Translations under genes and position numbers: made by a program
Notes under the pieces: model-generated
What the model was told of the DNA's origin: nothing
Database searches by the model: none
The model's input: the letters and a program-made list of their open reading frames with translations, nothing else
Assembly: GCA_938082715.1 (NCBI GenBank)
Contig: CALKCR010000023.1
Span: 33,204 to 97,203, forward strand
DNA: 64,000 bases
Reading direction: 5' to 3'
DNA from: an uncultured Flavobacteriaceae bacterium
Lineage (GTDB): Bacteria; Bacteroidota; Bacteroidia; Flavobacteriales; Flavobacteriaceae
Shown: one piece after another, positions 21,180 to 29,877 of the stretch
How the letters are laid out: each line of letters begins with the position of its first letter
Numbering within the stretch: the first letter of the stretch is position 1

Positions 21180-21613
21180 GCGAATCTAATCTAGATAAAG
21201 TATTAACCATTGCGGGTAAACCCGGACTGTTTCGAATGGTTGCCCAAACCCGAACGGGAGTGATCGCGACCTCACTGACCGACCAAAAGAAAATTGTCAC
21301 CAACTTGGGACAGCAAATCAATGTATTGTCAGAAATCAGGGTGTTTGGATTAAAGGATGAAATGCCTTTAAGTGACATTTTTGAGCGAATGTTTCAGTTG
21401 GAAAAAGGCCAACCCGCCTGGCTAAAACCCAAAGCTTCCAAAGAAGAATTGGAGTCTTGTTTTTTTGAGGTTTTTCAAGACTACGATAAAGACCGAGTCT
21501 ATGCCAGTGACATCAAAAAAATCATACAGTGGTACAACCTGTTGTTGGATTCAAACGAATTAAAATTTGACCTGCCAAAGGAGGGGAAACCTTCCGATAC
21601 GGAGGAAGTGTAG
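21176..21613 (+). CDS. DUF5606 domain-containing protein
   Basis: The N terminus LTIAGKPGLFRMVAQTRTGVIATSL matches the flavobacterial DUF5606 family that normally follows def. It has a 4-nt overlap with def. Confidence 0.6.
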   Translation: MSESNLDKVLTIAGKPGLFRMVAQTRTGVIATSLTDQKKIVTNLGQQINVLSEIRVFGLKDEMPLSDIFERMFQLEKGQPAWLKPKASKEELESCFFEVFQDYDKDRVYASDIKKIIQWYNLLLDSNELKFDLPKEGKPSDTEEV

Positions 21614-22390
21614 ATGGGATCGCGAACAGCACAACTTCAGGCTTTCGAGCGTTTGCTTGACATTATGGATGAACTTAGGGAAAAATGTCCCTGGGATCGC
21701 AAACAGACTTTTGAGACCCTTCGCCATTTGACCATAGAGGAGACCTATGAATTGGGAGATGCCATTTTGGACAATGATTTGGAGGAAATCAAAAAGGAGC
21801 TTGGGGATCTTCTCCTTCATATTGTTTTTTATTCCAAAATAGGCAGTGAAAAAAAGGCTTTTGATATAGCCGATGTTGCGAATCAAATCTCCGATAAACT
21901 GATCCACCGACATCCACACATCTATGGTAAAACCGATGTGGAAGATGCAGACCAAGTGGTCAAAAACTGGGAAGATATCAAGTTGAAGGAGGGAAAGAAA
22001 AGCGTTTTGGAAGGAGTTCCCAAAAGCCTCCCTGCTTTGGTTAAGGCCTATCGAATTCAGGATAAGGTTTCCGGTGTAGGTTTTGACTGGGATCAAAAGG
22101 AAGCCGTATTGGAAAAGGTCAAAGAGGAGTTGGACGAACTCAGGACTGAAATCGATGCAGGAGATTCAAAAAAAATGGAGGCAGAACTTGGCGATGTGAT
22201 ATTTTCATTGGTCAATTATGCGCGCTTACTCAAGGTTAATCCAGAAAATGCATTGGAACGCACCAACAAAAAATTCATCAAACGTTTTAACTACATTGAG
22301 GAAAAAGCCAAAAAATCTCAAAGAAAAGTCAGTGAGTTGAGTATTGAAGAAATGGAGATCTTATGGCAGGAGGCAAAAAAAACAGACTGA
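21614..22390 (+). CDS. mazG: Nucleoside triphosphate pyrophosphohydrolase MazG
   Basis: Tandem MazG domains (IEETYELGDAI, ELGDLLLHIVF, ELGDVIFSLVNYA). It starts immediately after the preceding stop. Confidence 0.9.
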   Translation: MGSRTAQLQAFERLLDIMDELREKCPWDRKQTFETLRHLTIEETYELGDAILDNDLEEIKKELGDLLLHIVFYSKIGSEKKAFDIADVANQISDKLIHRHPHIYGKTDVEDADQVVKNWEDIKLKEGKKSVLEGVPKSLPALVKAYRIQDKVSGVGFDWDQKEAVLEKVKEELDELRTEIDAGDSKKMEAELGDVIFSLVNYARLLKVNPENALERTNKKFIKRFNYIEEKAKKSQRKVSELSIEEMEILWQEAKKTD

Positions 22391-22391
22391 T

Positions 22392-24437
22392 CTAAGCCTC
22401 TGTTTCTCCCTCTTCTTCCTCACCTTTAACGGTCTCCTCTTCAACCGATGTATTTCTGGCAGTCATTTCCCTTTTTAGTTTTCTCAAACCAACCAGTTGT
22501 TCTTTGCGCTTTTCGATTTCAGATTTCAGTCGATCCAATTTGGAGCTAACATCGGTAAAAAGGGGATTGTCAGTACTGGAATTTGAAAAATAATCGAGAT
22601 TGTTTTCCAGTTGTCTTGCCTCTGAATTGAATTCTTCAATAACCCTTTTAATGTTTTGAATTTCACGACTCAATTCATTTTCATCGTCTTTGATGATGGA
22701 AAAACGAATGTGATTTTTGGCTTCTGATATTAAGCTTTTTTCCATATCTGATTTATCAATCAGCGCGAAGAAAGCTTTATTGAAGTCTTCAATGCTTTTG
22801 GTATTGGTGTTACCTGTCAACTCTCCCAACTGGCAGTATTCTCCCCATTGGTAATTGAAGAACTCTTTAAAAGGGTCCAATTCTGGAGGCATTTGAAAAC
22901 CTTCTATGCTTTTAATGAATGCTTCTTTCTTTTGATGGGCCTCCAACTCATTTTTGTTGATTCTCTGATAACCGGATTTGATGCGATCAAAGTAGAGATT
23001 GCATTGGTTGCGAAATTCCTCCCAGAGCGAATTGGATTGCTTTCGCGAGATAAATCCAATGGCCCTCCAATCCTTTTGAATGTTTTTCATTCGGTTGCTG
23101 AAACTTCTCCAATCGTCACTATCTAGGATGTTTTTAACCTCATTGATCAAGGCTTTTTTGAGATCAATATTCTTTTTTTGTTCCGCTTTTTGAGACTTGT
23201 AGAATTGATTCTTTTCCCGGTTGATCTCGCGGCTAACCTCTCTGAATTGGGTCCATGTGGCTTTGCTATATTTTTTTGTTACTTGTCCAATGGATTGGAA
23301 TTCGGTTCTCATTTTATTAAACTCATCGATGGTTTTTCGCCAATCGTTGTGATTTTGTGGGGTATTGTTTTTGATCTCCTCCATTTTGTCCAAAATCGAG
23401 TTCTTTTTATTGAGGTTATCCTCCAGAATATTGTCGTATTCTTTGTCGAACTCTTGTCTTCTGGCGTGAATGATTTGGCTGGCAGCTTGGAAGCGGGCCC
23501 ATAATTCTTCTCGATGTTCCTTGGCAACCGGCCCCAAGTCTTTCTTCCAAAGCCTGTGAAGGGTATTGAGGTCGCGAGAGGCTTTGAGTACATCAGGAAT
23601 TTTGGAAAGTGTTTCGGCCTGTTTAATTATTTTAATTTTCTCTTCATAATTGTGCTTAAAATCCAAATCTCGCAATTCGCGATTCAGGTGAAGAAAATCA
23701 TAGAATATCTCAGTGTGGTGCTTGTAGGTTTGCCAAACGTTGTTGCTTTGAGCCCTGGGAACAGGCCCGGTCTTATGCCAACTATCCTGTAGGCTTTTAA
23801 ATTTTTTGTAGGTCGTATTGATATTTTCATCAATATTGATGAGTTCTTTTAAACTCTCAATGATTTCCAACTTTCGATCGAGATTGAGTTTTTGGGATTG
23901 TTCTCTCTCTTGAAAATAGGTTCGCTTATTTTTTTTGAATTCCCGAACCGCTTGGTCAAAAGCATTTTTGTATTGCGGTTTAAAATAAAAATCAATTTCG
24001 TTTCCCCCTTCCTTGATAAAAGCTCCCTTTTTTTCCTGAATTTCTGCCTTATATTTAGTTTCGAAAGTTTGAATGATCTCCTTGATGTTCTTATCATCGG
24101 TAAACCATTTTTCAGCTTTTATTCTTCTTTGAAGATCTTCAACCAGTTCGTCCAAACTCAGCTGACTGAAGTCTTTGGTTTCCTCCGTTGCAGTTTCGGA
24201 TTTTTTTTGTTCTTCATTTTCTGCTGCTGCTTCTTTTGGAGATGTGGTGTAGGTTTTCACTTCGGAGGTGGATTTGCTTTCTTCGCAGACGACCTCCTTA
24301 TTAGAAGCGGTATCGGTTTCAACTTCGGGTGTTGATTTACTTTCTTCCGAGGCACCTTCAGGAGGGTTCATCGTTTTAGACGATTTAACCTTTTTCTCTT
24401 CCTGAGGATCATTGGCTTTGTCTTTTGTATTTGCCAT
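22392..24437 (-). CDS. DUF349 domain-containing protein
   Basis: Repeated roughly 75-aa helical units with W..F/W..W spacing (WHKTGPV, WKKDLGPV, WQTYKHH, WRAIGFISRK) and acidic low-complexity termini; 681 aa. Confidence 0.75.
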   Translation of the reverse strand: MANTKDKANDPQEEKKVKSSKTMNPPEGASEESKSTPEVETDTASNKEVVCEESKSTSEVKTYTTSPKEAAAENEEQKKSETATEETKDFSQLSLDELVEDLQRRIKAEKWFTDDKNIKEIIQTFETKYKAEIQEKKGAFIKEGGNEIDFYFKPQYKNAFDQAVREFKKNKRTYFQEREQSQKLNLDRKLEIIESLKELINIDENINTTYKKFKSLQDSWHKTGPVPRAQSNNVWQTYKHHTEIFYDFLHLNRELRDLDFKHNYEEKIKIIKQAETLSKIPDVLKASRDLNTLHRLWKKDLGPVAKEHREELWARFQAASQIIHARRQEFDKEYDNILEDNLNKKNSILDKMEEIKNNTPQNHNDWRKTIDEFNKMRTEFQSIGQVTKKYSKATWTQFREVSREINREKNQFYKSQKAEQKKNIDLKKALINEVKNILDSDDWRSFSNRMKNIQKDWRAIGFISRKQSNSLWEEFRNQCNLYFDRIKSGYQRINKNELEAHQKKEAFIKSIEGFQMPPELDPFKEFFNYQWGEYCQLGELTGNTNTKSIEDFNKAFFALIDKSDMEKSLISEAKNHIRFSIIKDDENELSREIQNIKRVIEEFNSEARQLENNLDYFSNSSTDNPLFTDVSSKLDRLKSEIEKRKEQLVGLRKLKREMTARNTSVEEETVKGEEEEGETEA
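24222..24347 (-). repeat. In-frame 63-nt tandem duplication inside the DUF349 N-terminal region
   Basis: EESKSTPEVETDTASNKEVVC is followed directly by EESKSTSEVKTYTTSPKEAAA. Confidence 0.7.
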
Positions 24438-24445
24438 ATCAGGTA

Positions 24446-24478
24446 TTTTTTGTAAATTTTGTTAAAATTTACAAAAAA
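24446..24478. repeat. Perfect 15-bp AT-rich inverted repeat with a 3-nt spacer, between the aroE stop and the DUF349 start
   Basis: TTTTTTGTAAATTTT-GTT-AAAATTTACAAAAAA. Confidence 0.8.
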
Positions 24479-24491
24479 AAAAGATGCCTGC

Positions 24492-25244
24492 CTATTGATT
24501 CCAAATGTCCCAGGACTTTTCAGCTTGGTATTCCAACATTTTTTGCCCGTTTAAAATTTTACAACCTCTTGTTTTTCCTTCTTTCAAAAATTGAGTTTCC
24601 GGGGGATTATAGATGAGGTCATAAAGAACATGATCAAGTGACAGGTAGGGGTAGGGCAGGTCGGGAGCCTGATCAATGCTAGGGAATGTTCCAATAGGGG
24701 AGGCATTGATGATTAGCTGATGTTCGTTGATGACGGTTTCATCCACAGCTTCGTAATTGATGGAATTTTCTCCCACTCTTCTGGAGATGTAGGAAAATTC
24801 GATTTCTAATTTTCTCATCACATAAGCCACTGCGGAGGCAGCCCCTCCTGTGCCGAGGATCAAAGCTTTTTTTGGGGTTTTGTTGATGATTTCTAGAAGG
24901 GATTTTTCAAATCCATAGACGTCGGTATTGTGCCCACTGATGCTTCCGTCTTGATGAAATTTTATGGTATTTACTGCATTCATTTCTTCAGCAGCAGGGG
25001 AGAGGCGGTCTAAAAAAGGGATTACTTCTCTTTTATAAGGTGTGGTGACATTAAGACCGCAAATGTTATTATGAGCGAATACATTTTTTAGTTCTTCAAT
25101 TTGCTTCAAATCAAAGTTCTCGTAACTGCAGTCATGTAAATTTTCGGTTTCAAATTTTTGTTTGAAATAACTTCTCGAAAAAGAATAGGCTATATTCCGT
25201 CCTATCAAGCCATAACGTTTGGTGTTAATTTTTTTGGACTCCAT
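24492..25244 (-). CDS. aroE: Shikimate dehydrogenase
   Basis: YGLIGRNIAYSFS substrate-binding N terminus and a GTGGAASAV Rossmann motif; 250 aa. Confidence 0.85.
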   Translation of the reverse strand: MESKKINTKRYGLIGRNIAYSFSRSYFKQKFETENLHDCSYENFDLKQIEELKNVFAHNNICGLNVTTPYKREVIPFLDRLSPAAEEMNAVNTIKFHQDGSISGHNTDVYGFEKSLLEIINKTPKKALILGTGGAASAVAYVMRKLEIEFSYISRRVGENSINYEAVDETVINEHQLIINASPIGTFPSIDQAPDLPYPYLSLDHVLYDLIYNPPETQFLKEGKTRGCKILNGQKMLEYQAEKSWDIWNQ

Positions 25245-26238
25245 ATTTTTCCAATAAGCTTACAATTAATATTCCTAAAAGTATAAATAATGTGATGAAC
25301 CAAAAATTAGTGTTCAAAAAATCAGGCAAGTAGTAATCATAATATTCAATGATCGGATTGCCTACGCTGTTGTAAAGCACTTCTCCCGCATTGTCCTTCA
25401 CAAAAACCTCGTTTCTCCAGGGCCAAATTACCCCCAGTGAACCTGCGATAAAACCTATGATGGTTGCCAGTGTTACTTGTTTGAATTTCTTTAAAACAAA
25501 ACTCAATACATTCGAGAACATAACCAGCCCTGCTACGGATCCAAAGGTAAAAATCACGGCCAATTGCAGTAGCTTCATTCGGGAATGATCTTCCAAAAAA
25601 TTGAAGTTGAATTGAATCACATCGGTAAGGGTATAATAAATTGCATTGACTGCATCGACCAATAAAAGGGTGTAGTTGCCCAATAAAAGCAACAGAAAAG
25701 AACCTGATAAGCCGGGAAGTGTCATACCGGAAACACTGATGATTCCACAAACAAGAACAAACAGGAGGCCGTCATTCTCAGAGAAGGGTTTGGAGAGCAT
25801 AATGACCAATCCTATTGACAATCCAATGAGAAAAAAGAGGAATGTTTTTAAATTCCATTTTTCCAACTGAAAGTAAACGAAATAGAGGGAAGCAAGGATC
25901 ATCCCAAAAAAGACCCCCAAAACCTGCATTTCAAAATTTTTAATTAAATAATCCAAGATTAAAGAGACACTAAAATAGCTGATGATGACTCCAGAAAAAA
26001 GTAAGACCAAAAAACGACCATTGGTGTATTGGTAAAAGGGACGCCACCCTCTGCGGATCAAAATCGTCAATGCTTTTAGATTGATTTTCTGGAGGGAATA
26101 AATCAACTCTTCATAAAACCCGGCCACGAATGCAACGATGCCTCCCGACACGCCGGGAACCTTATTGGCAGCTCCCATTACAATCCCTTTTAATACTAGA
26201 AATAAATCTTTTCGGTAAGAGGTTTTGTTTTGACTCAC
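25225..26238 (-). CDS. DUF368 family membrane protein (paralogue 1)
   Basis: Polytopic membrane protein with the duplicated GxSGG motif (VPGVSGGIVAFV and LPGLSGSFLLLLLG). Confidence 0.8.
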   Translation of the reverse strand: MSQNKTSYRKDLFLVLKGIVMGAANKVPGVSGGIVAFVAGFYEELIYSLQKINLKALTILIRRGWRPFYQYTNGRFLVLLFSGVIISYFSVSLILDYLIKNFEMQVLGVFFGMILASLYFVYFQLEKWNLKTFLFFLIGLSIGLVIMLSKPFSENDGLLFVLVCGIISVSGMTLPGLSGSFLLLLLGNYTLLLVDAVNAIYYTLTDVIQFNFNFLEDHSRMKLLQLAVIFTFGSVAGLVMFSNVLSFVLKKFKQVTLATIIGFIAGSLGVIWPWRNEVFVKDNAGEVLYNSVGNPIIEYYDYYLPDFLNTNFWFITLFILLGILIVSLLEKYGVQKN

Positions 26239-26248
26239 TTTGGGGGGC

Positions 26249-27199
26249 TTAAATTTTCTTTTTCTCCAAAATCAATACCAAAAAAAGGCCAGCGATAAAA
26301 AAAACAATGGCCAGCGTGAGTTCAGGATTTTCAGGATATTCAAAAGGAGATGTTGGTTTGGATAATGTTTTGGTGTTTTCACCCAAAACCCATTCAAATT
26401 TTTGTTGCCAAGGCCACAATTTGTGCAAGGCACCAACCATAAGACCGATCAATACTGCCATGGTTTTATCGTGTTCTTTGTCAAACAACCATTTTAGGAT
26501 GGAGGCAAAAATTCTCAGTCCCAAGATGATGCCTAAAACAAATACAGAAAGCTTGGTAAAGGTGGGGATTATGAGTTCCATCTGCAGATTGCTCAGGCTT
26601 GTTATGGCGTCCTTGATCAGACTGATGACTGTGCTGTATGCTCCCAGTATCAGAAGAATGTAGGCACCAGAGATTCCCGGTAATATCATGGCTATGATTC
26701 CAAAAAAACCGGATATAAATAAGTAGAACAAACCTATTTCTCCGTCAGCAGGGGTCAATTGAGTTAATACAAAAGACAATGCAGCACTTAAAACAGCCAA
26801 TAACGTATTGAAAACTCCCCATTGACCCAGGGTGTTTTTTAAAAGAAAAATACTGGCCAGTAATAATCCCAAAAAGAAAGCCCACAGTGGTATGGGATGT
26901 TCGTTGATGAGCCAGTCGATGGCAAAAGACAAGCTCAAAATTGCAGAAATGATCCCCAAAAAAAGTACTGTCAGAAAGTCCCCGTTGATGTTTTTCCAAA
27001 AAGCTTTGATGCCTTCGGTTTTGAGACTTTGAAGATTTTTAAGGTTGATAGAGTCGATGGATTGAATGAGTTCTTTGTAAACTCCTACTATCAGGGCAAT
27101 TGTTCCCCCAGAGACCCCCGGCATCAGATCGGCAGTGCCCATGGCCATTCCCTTGAAGAATAAAATGATTTTTTCTCTAGAAATAGGATTTTTCAACAA
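26249..27199 (-). CDS. DUF368 family membrane protein (paralogue 2)
   Basis: Same architecture as its neighbour (MPGVSGGTIALIVG and LPGISGAYILLILG). Confidence 0.8.
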   Translation of the reverse strand: MLKNPISREKIILFFKGMAMGTADLMPGVSGGTIALIVGVYKELIQSIDSINLKNLQSLKTEGIKAFWKNINGDFLTVLFLGIISAILSLSFAIDWLINEHPIPLWAFFLGLLLASIFLLKNTLGQWGVFNTLLAVLSAALSFVLTQLTPADGEIGLFYLFISGFFGIIAMILPGISGAYILLILGAYSTVISLIKDAITSLSNLQMELIIPTFTKLSVFVLGIILGLRIFASILKWLFDKEHDKTMAVLIGLMVGALHKLWPWQQKFEWVLGENTKTLSKPTSPFEYPENPELTLAIVFFIAGLFLVLILEKKKI

Positions 27200-27257
27200 T
27201 CAAAATTTTGCACAATATAGAGCGAAAAACCGAATTAAAAGATTTATCGGTATTGGA

Positions 27258-28610
27258 TTAAATTTTGATCAGTTCAGGAAATAAATGATTTATATTTCTT
27301 GGAATCTTGATCTCATTTTTGATTCGGTTGAAAATGAGGTGTGCCTCGTTTTTGTTGCCCAATCTGAATTTACATCCAGCCAAACGATATAACACAGAGG
27401 GGTTTTTTTGATGATGTTGCAAGGCTTGCTCTCCTATTTTAAGGGCTTTTTGCCAATCGTTGACCAGCATAAGGGAGTCCATCCACAAGGTCCAATTGTT
27501 TAGGTCTTGATCTCCCAAATCGATGGCGGTTTCACAACCTACTGCTGTTTCTTCATAAAAGTTCAATTGGAAGTGAATCAGTGCGCTTTTCTTCCACAAT
27601 GCTGTGCTGTCCGAATTTGATTGTAAAGATTTTTTTACATAGTGTTGTGCCTTGAGGTAATCTTTGGAATCGATTAGAAAATCGATGAGGGAGTTCCAGC
27701 TTTTTTCGTGGTTGGGCTCAAGTTTGATGGATTCCTCAAGGTATCTGACGGCCAATTTGTCATTGCCTAATTTTAGATGACAAAGTCCGATTCTGTGATT
27801 GACAAAGGCATTGGGATCATTGAAATTCAGTGAGAATTCATAGTTGTCAATGGCCTCATTGATGCGCCCCATTTTTTCAAGTAATTTTCCTTTCTCGATG
27901 TAGGCACCCGTATAACAATCATCACTGATGATGGCAAATTCAAAGGCAGAAAGTGCTTCTTCGTGTTTGTTGATCTTGAGGTATATTTTCCCCAACTGAT
28001 GCCAAGCGACTTCACTGTAAGGGTTGATCTCTAGTAGGTTATTCAACGTATTGATGGCCTCTATGTTTTCGCCCAATTGCTCGTAACAATACAATAGATT
28101 GTAAAGTGATTGGTAGTCCAGTACATTTTCTTTTACACATTTGTAAAAGTAATCTTTGGCTTTGATGTAGTCCTCCAAGAAGAGGTATTCCATGCCCAAC
28201 AAGTTCCAAATTTCAGTGGGTTCTTCAGTGACACCCAATGCTTTTTCAAGTAACTGAATGGCTTTGGGGTGGTCCTTTTTTTTGGAAGAAATATTGGCTC
28301 TTTGTAAAAATATTTCTTCGTGTTCAGGAGATATTCTTTCAATTTCGACAAGCAAATCCTCTGCTTGTTTGTGAGCGCCATCAAAGAGGAGTATTTCACT
28401 CTTTAGAAGCATCAATTCTACATTTTGAGGATGTTGCTCCATTCCCATTTTTATTGCTTTTTTGGCAAGGTTAAATTGGGCAAAATCAATGTAGTGGTGA
28501 ATGATGTTTTCGAATTCTAGGGCATCAAAGAACAACACTTGGTTGGTTTTGAGCATTTGCTCAAATTTGGTTAAGGAGGGATTGGTGTCTTCCGATAAAT
28601 TATCGAACAT
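27258..28610 (-). CDS. Tetratricopeptide repeat protein
   Basis: Many 34-aa TPR units (e.g. AWHQLGKIYLKINKHEEALSAFEFAI); 450 aa. Confidence 0.75.
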   Translation of the reverse strand: MFDNLSEDTNPSLTKFEQMLKTNQVLFFDALEFENIIHHYIDFAQFNLAKKAIKMGMEQHPQNVELMLLKSEILLFDGAHKQAEDLLVEIERISPEHEEIFLQRANISSKKKDHPKAIQLLEKALGVTEEPTEIWNLLGMEYLFLEDYIKAKDYFYKCVKENVLDYQSLYNLLYCYEQLGENIEAINTLNNLLEINPYSEVAWHQLGKIYLKINKHEEALSAFEFAIISDDCYTGAYIEKGKLLEKMGRINEAIDNYEFSLNFNDPNAFVNHRIGLCHLKLGNDKLAVRYLEESIKLEPNHEKSWNSLIDFLIDSKDYLKAQHYVKKSLQSNSDSTALWKKSALIHFQLNFYEETAVGCETAIDLGDQDLNNWTLWMDSLMLVNDWQKALKIGEQALQHHQKNPSVLYRLAGCKFRLGNKNEAHLIFNRIKNEIKIPRNINHLFPELIKI

Positions 28611-28701
28611 AGCGCTTAATTCTTAAGCTAAAATTATAGAAGATTAGAAGATTCATCAGGGCAGGGGGTTTATTCTTTTCAACAAAAGTATTAACATTAA
28701 T

Positions 28702-29877
28702 CTAAATTTCATCAAGGGTTTCCTTGATGATTTTGCAACCCACTAAAATTTCTTCTTCACTGATATTCAGAGGCGGAGAGATTCTTATGGCATTTTTTTC
28801 CCACAATAACCAAAACAGTAGTAGTCCTTTTTCTATACAGCGAGGTACTAATAAATCGGGAATTTGGGAGTTTTCGAATATAGGGGCTAACATTAGTCCT
28901 TTTCCTCGTATACTTTTGATCATGGGGTGTTTGAGGTTTTTTCTGATTATTTTTTCTTTTTTGTCCATTTGCTGGATCAATTTTGCTGAAATGATCTCAT
29001 TGATGGTGGTCAATCCTGCTGTAGCAATGACGGGATTTCCGCCAAAAGTGGTGATGTGTCCCAGTTTGGGTTGGTCTTCCAATTTTTGCATCAGTTTTTT
29101 GGAGGCGGAAAAAGCTCCAATGGGCAAGCCTCCTCCCAATGCTTTTCCCATCACGACAATGTCCGGAGCGATGCCAAAATGTTCAAAACCAAACATTTTA
29201 CCGGTTCGTCCAAACCCCGGTTGAATTTCGTCGAGTAGGAGCAATGCGCCCACCGCCTCACATCTCTTTTTTACCTTTTTCAAGTAATCATCTTCCGGTA
29301 AAATAAAGCCTGCCCCTCCTTGAACGGTTTCCAATAAGACCGCAGCAGTGTTTTCATCGATCCGGTTTATGTCTTTTTCCTTGTTAAAGTCAAGAAAACT
29401 CACCCCGGGAAGCAGGGGTCGGTATCCTTTTTTTTGTTGTTCATAGCCCAATAAGCTCAATGCGCCGTGCGTACTTCCATGATATGATCGGTGGGCGGCA
29501 ATGAGTCCGGATCTTTGGGTTACCCGCTTAGCGAGTTTTAGAGCGCCCTCTATGGCTTCGGTTCCGGAGTTGGTCAAATAAACGACTTCGTGATTTCTAG
29601 GGAGTAAATCGACCAGTTTTTTACAAAGTGCTACTGCCGGAGCTTGAGCAAACTCACCGTAAACCATCACATGCATGTATTTTTCGATTTGCGACTTGAG
29701 GGCACTGACCACTTTCGGATGTGAATGTCCCAAGGGAAGTGCCGATACACCCGCTATAAAATCTAAATAGGATTTCCCTTTGGTATCGTAAAGATAGCTG
29801 CCGCTGGCATGCTCGATTTCCAAGCCGAGGGGACGAGGAGTGGTTTTGGCTTGATATTTTAAAAAATCTTCCAGCAT
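28702..29877 (-). CDS. Class III (acetylornithine/succinyl-DAP type) PLP-dependent aminotransferase
   Basis: LDEIQPGFGRTGKMF, the PLP-lysine region VMGKALGGGLP, and TNSGTEAIEGALK. Confidence 0.85.
   Translation of the reverse strand: MLEDFLKYQAKTTPRPLGLEIEHASGSYLYDTKGKSYLDFIAGVSALPLGHSHPKVVSALKSQIEKYMHVMVYGEFAQAPAVALCKKLVDLLPRNHEVVYLTNSGTEAIEGALKLAKRVTQRSGLIAAHRSYHGSTHGALSLLGYEQQKKGYRPLLPGVSFLDFNKEKDINRIDENTAAVLLETVQGGAGFILPEDDYLKKVKKRCEAVGALLLLDEIQPGFGRTGKMFGFEHFGIAPDIVVMGKALGGGLPIGAFSASKKLMQKLEDQPKLGHITTFGGNPVIATAGLTTINEIISAKLIQQMDKKEKIIRKNLKHPMIKSIRGKGLMLAPIFENSQIPDLLVPRCIEKGLLLFWLLWEKNAIRISPPLNISEEEILVGCKIIKETLDEI

Noticed and set aside
21560-22096. 178-aa ORF antisense to mazG.
   Set aside because: The hydrophobic, low-complexity translation is typical of the antisense of a Lys/Glu-rich gene. 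It overlaps two real genes.
23892-24335. 147-aa plus-strand ORF opposite the DUF349 N-terminal region, along with other short ORFs inside that gene.
   Set aside because: The Phe/Leu-rich translation arises from the antisense of a Lys/Glu-rich sequence and is not credible as a gene.
28637-28652. Direct repeat TAGAAGAT x2 in the spacer between the aminotransferase and TPR genes.
   Set aside because: Only two 8-bp copies in AT-rich spacer, which is within chance expectation, and there is no associated structure.
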